A stretch of DNA of 8,015 nucleotides from an uncultured archaeon (GTDB lineage Archaea; Iainarchaeota; Iainarchaeia; Iainarchaeales; CSSED10-239), in contig CAYXWT010000034.1 of the NCBI GenBank assembly GCA_964468895.1, positions 1 to 8,015 of the forward strand. The letters run 5' to 3'. Below are positions 5,730 through 8,015 of this stretch, in pieces (positions within the stretch are counted from its first letter, which is position 1; the number at the start of each line of letters is the position of its first letter). The notes below the pieces were generated by a model. It had not been told where the DNA came from, made no database searches, and worked only from the letters and a program-made list of their open reading frames with translations. The position numbers and the translations under genes were made by a program.

Positions 5730-7603
5730 TTATGAGCTTTTAAAGGTGCTTTTTTAATTACATTTGTTGCAAATAATAAAATTACTAATAAACAAATTAC
5801 TATTATTCCACCAAATATAGAATTTTTTAAATTTACTAAACCTGTTAAAAAACTATTTTTAGTTTCTTCTTCTTTGTTATTATCTTCTAACTCAGGCTCT
5901 ATATTTAAAGTATTAATTTTAAGTAAAATATCTTTTTCTAAAACTCCACCTTCACTAGATATAAAAACTATAGAACTTTCTATTTCTTGAGAATCTAAAA
6001 CACTTAGTGATATAGTTCCAGATATAATTTTACTTTCTTTAGATTTAATAGTTATATTATCAATAAAAGAATAGTTTATTTCTTGAGGAATATTTCTAAA
6101 TTCAATTTTTTCTAAAACCAAATCTTTAGTATTAAAATTAGTAACTTCCATTTCAAATTCAACAGTACTATTGTTATCTAAACTTATAGAACTTGGAATA
6201 CTTAAAAAATCTAAAGTTACTGGTGTTTTATCTCTAAAGCTTACAACATCAACACTATATCTTTTAGAGTAACCACTATTTTCTCCTTGAATTTCTATTT
6301 GTAAACTTGTTCTTGTTTCTTGAGTATTGTTTCCTGCAGAAATATTAAAAATAATTACTTTAACAGAACCAGGACTAACTTCAACTTCTTTATGAGTTAT
6401 ATCCAAATCTAGATCATTTCCAATTTCAGTAGATATATCAAAATCTTCAACAATATCTCCTTTATTTTCTAATATTAAACTAAGTTGTATTGGAGTACCT
6501 ATCTTTAAAGCCATAGTTCCAGTTTGTAATAATCTAGTAGATAAATTATGTTTTGCTTCTACCTTAAATTTTAAATCTTTATATACTGAACTTTTTCCAT
6601 CAAAAAAAGAAATATTCATATCATAATCTCCAGAACTTAATGTATTTGGAGCTACAACTATTACTTCTATTTCTTTAGAAGAATTTGCTAAAATATCAAC
6701 TTCTCTATTTGGTATTATTATTTCTAAATTATCTTCTTCTTGAAAAGCAGATATATAAATATGTTTCTTAATATTAGAATTATTAACTATATTATAACTT
6801 AGATATTTAGGTTCGTCTTTATCTACACTATGAGATTCATAATTTGAATTAGAAACTGCAAAATCAATTTCTGAGTCTAAACAATCTTTAAAACCAAAAG
6901 ATACTTCTTTAATAACTGTAATATCATCATTTTCTATTTTAAAATTTAAAGTTTTAGATTGAAGCGAATCAAAACCATTTGGAACTTCAACAATAAATTC
7001 TATTGTTTTTTCATCCTTAGGTAAATAAACAGGATTACTTCCTTCTAAATGTATAGATAAAATAGATTCATCAAAACTTAAATTATATAATCCTTTTTTA
7101 TAAGTATTATCTATTTCTACAAATACTCTATTTGTTTTATTATAACACAAAGAAGTTTTTTCAAAATCAACATCAAAATCTCCTTCATCATTATCTTCTT
7201 CAACTTCAACTTCTACTGTAAATTCGATTTCATCTTCTTCTTCTGAATCTAAATCTTGAACATACAAAGTAATATCATAACTACCTTCATCATCAGTTCT
7301 AACAACAAAAGAATCAGTTCTAGAATTAAATCTATCTAAATTTATGTTTTTTGAATAACTACATTCAATATCATCATCTTCACAATCAGCAAATACTAAT
7401 AAATTTACTTCTTTAGAATTATTATTAATAATTTCAAAATCTATAAATATACTATTGTTTTCTAAAGTAGAATAGTATTCTTTATCAAAATCTACATCTA
7501 TATTTTGCAATATTTGATTTGAAGCAAATATATTTGTAGTTATTAATGCTACAATTATAAAAATTATTCCCAAAATAATACAAGATCTATTTTTTATTTT
7601 CAT
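5726..7603 (-). CDS. Secreted, C-terminally membrane-anchored surface protein (625 aa) with ~5 tandem beta-sandwich (CARDB/NEW3/Ig-like) modules; S-layer- or adhesin-like
   Basis: It has an N-terminal signal or anchor, MKIKNRSCIILGIIFIIVALITTNIFA/SNQ. Modules of about 100-115 aa each end in an alternating beta-strand pattern: EIEFTVEVEV, TIEFIVEVPN, KEIEVIVVAPN, SVKVIIFNISA, SSIVFISS. An acidic cluster, DLDSEEEDEIEFTVEVEVEEDNDEGDFDVDFE, is present. A C-terminal acidic linker is followed by the TM helix IFGGIIVICLLVILLFATNVI (nt 5756-5818) and the basic tail KKAPLKAHN. Confidence 0.85.
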   Translation of the reverse strand: MKIKNRSCIILGIIFIIVALITTNIFASNQILQNIDVDFDKEYYSTLENNSIFIDFEIINNNSKEVNLLVFADCEDDDIECSYSKNINLDRFNSRTDSFVVRTDDEGSYDITLYVQDLDSEEEDEIEFTVEVEVEEDNDEGDFDVDFEKTSLCYNKTNRVFVEIDNTYKKGLYNLSFDESILSIHLEGSNPVYLPKDEKTIEFIVEVPNGFDSLQSKTLNFKIENDDITVIKEVSFGFKDCLDSEIDFAVSNSNYESHSVDKDEPKYLSYNIVNNSNIKKHIYISAFQEEDNLEIIIPNREVDILANSSKEIEVIVVAPNTLSSGDYDMNISFFDGKSSVYKDLKFKVEAKHNLSTRLLQTGTMALKIGTPIQLSLILENKGDIVEDFDISTEIGNDLDLDITHKEVEVSPGSVKVIIFNISAGNNTQETRTSLQIEIQGENSGYSKRYSVDVVSFRDKTPVTLDFLSIPSSISLDNNSTVEFEMEVTNFNTKDLVLEKIEFRNIPQEINYSFIDNITIKSKESKIISGTISLSVLDSQEIESSIVFISSEGGVLEKDILLKINTLNIEPELEDNNKEEETKNSFLTGLVNLKNSIFGGIIVICLLVILLFATNVIKKAPLKAHN

Positions 7604-7616
7604 ATATAATCACAAT

Positions 7617-7621
7617 CCTCC
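7617..7621 (-). promoter_or_regulatory. GGAGG Shine-Dalgarno-like site 13 nt upstream of the surface-protein ATG
   Basis: The minus strand reads GGAGGattgtgattatatATG. The match to the anti-SD core is perfect, but the spacer is longer than the usual optimum. Confidence 0.35.
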
Positions 7622-7686
7622 AAAATCTTAAATTTGTATAAAATTTATTCTTATTAGGATTTTATTTAAATACTATTAAAAGAGGT

Positions 7687-7735
7687 GGTTAATTGGTAAA
7701 ATTTATTAAAATAAATTTATTAAACCCAATTAACT
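7687..7735 (-). terminator. Stem-loop (9-10 bp stem, 29-nt loop) followed on the minus strand by CTCTTTT; possible terminator of the upstream partial gene, or part of a small RNA
   Basis: GTTAATTGG (7688-7696) is the exact reverse complement of CCAATTAAC (7726-7734), and G7687:T7735 can extend the stem. The loop holds two tandem copies of AAATTTATTAAA (7699-7710 and 7713-7724). On the minus strand the stem is followed by ACCTCTTTTAA. Confidence 0.3.
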
Positions 7736-7854
7736 ACTGTTAGTTATTTAGTAATAATATTATAGAGGCAGAAGGTTTATAAACATAATTATTTACCATA
7801 ATAAAATTAACATTTATAAACTAATACGCTTCTATATCAAATATATTTTAATAA

Positions 7855-8015
7855 TTATTTATTATAAATAAACTTAATATATTTAGTAGTAAAAGAAAGA
7901 ACTAACACTATAAGAACAATAATTAGTATTATTTGTACAGCTAATGAATTTAGAATATTATTTACATTTAAAGTAAAAAAACCAAGATTTAGTAAACCAT
8001 TTAGGTTTGAGTTAT
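7855..8015 (-). CDS. C-terminal end (52 codons plus stop) of a protein with a C-terminal TM anchor; N-terminus lies outside the window
   Basis: Hand translation of the minus strand from 8013 gives NSNLNGLLNLGFFTLNVNNILNSLAVQIILIIVLIVLVLSFTTKYIKFIYNK*, with the stop at 7857..7855. The architecture is a hydrophobic helix plus a short basic tail, the same as the C-terminus of the adjacent 625-aa protein. The fragment is short, so the coding call is tentative. Confidence 0.4.
   Translation of the reverse strand, partial: NSNLNGLLNLGFFTLNVNNILNSLAVQIILIIVLIVLVLSFTTKYIKFIYNK

Noticed and set aside
5726-5830. A possible PGF-CTERM/archaeosortase or LPxTG sortase signal at the C-terminus of the surface protein
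   Set aside because: The tail is NSIFGGIIVICLLVILLFATNVIKKAPLKAHN. No PGF or LPxTG motif precedes the helix, so a plain TM anchor is the simpler reading.
7190-7260. Nucleotide-level tandem repeats (cttcaacttcaacttc / tcttcttcttc) as a slippage-prone phase-variation tract in the surface-protein gene
   Set aside because: The repeats are only 2-3 units, are multiples of three and simply encode the EVEVE/EEE acidic stretch. No homopolymer or long SSR that would shift the frame is present.
7693-7743. A 16-codon micro-ORF (TTG start) preceded by AGAGGTGG on the + strand
   Set aside because: It has a non-ATG start, an SD spacer of only ~4 nt and a low-complexity peptide (VKFIKINLLNPINYC). It also coincides entirely with the hairpin and tandem repeat, which explains the sequence better.

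Overview
This is a very AT-rich prokaryotic chromosomal segment; the only clear GC island is a tRNA. It is densely packed with 8 protein-coding genes and 1 tRNA. No integrase, transposase, CRISPR array or rRNA is visible. From left to right: (1) a minus-strand trkH-trkA K+ uptake operon, with trkA cut by the window edge; (2) a Lys-rich 154-aa orphan; (3) tRNA-Arg(CCT) lying 14 nt downstream of a DUF2062-like membrane protein gene; (4) a divergent short-LID adenylate-kinase-family gene; (5) 16 nt after it, a 561-aa non-membrane coiled-coil protein with a small UBA-like helical head; (6) convergent with that gene and overlapping it by 4 nt, a 625-aa secreted, C-terminally anchored protein built from about five beta-sandwich modules; (7) the C-terminal tail of a second anchored protein at the right edge. 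Three things point to a small-genome, AT-rich archaeon (DPANN-like): AUGs with no Shine-Dalgarno but a TATA-like box about 25 nt upstream, an AGCCTGG D-loop in the tRNA, and the signal-peptide plus C-terminal-TM surface protein architecture. This is inference only, and an AT-rich bacterium is not excluded. The best candidates for something undescribed are the NMP-kinase/coiled-coil gene pair, the adjacent surface-protein cluster, and a structured 251-bp intergenic region (7604-7854). None can be assigned a function from sequence alone.
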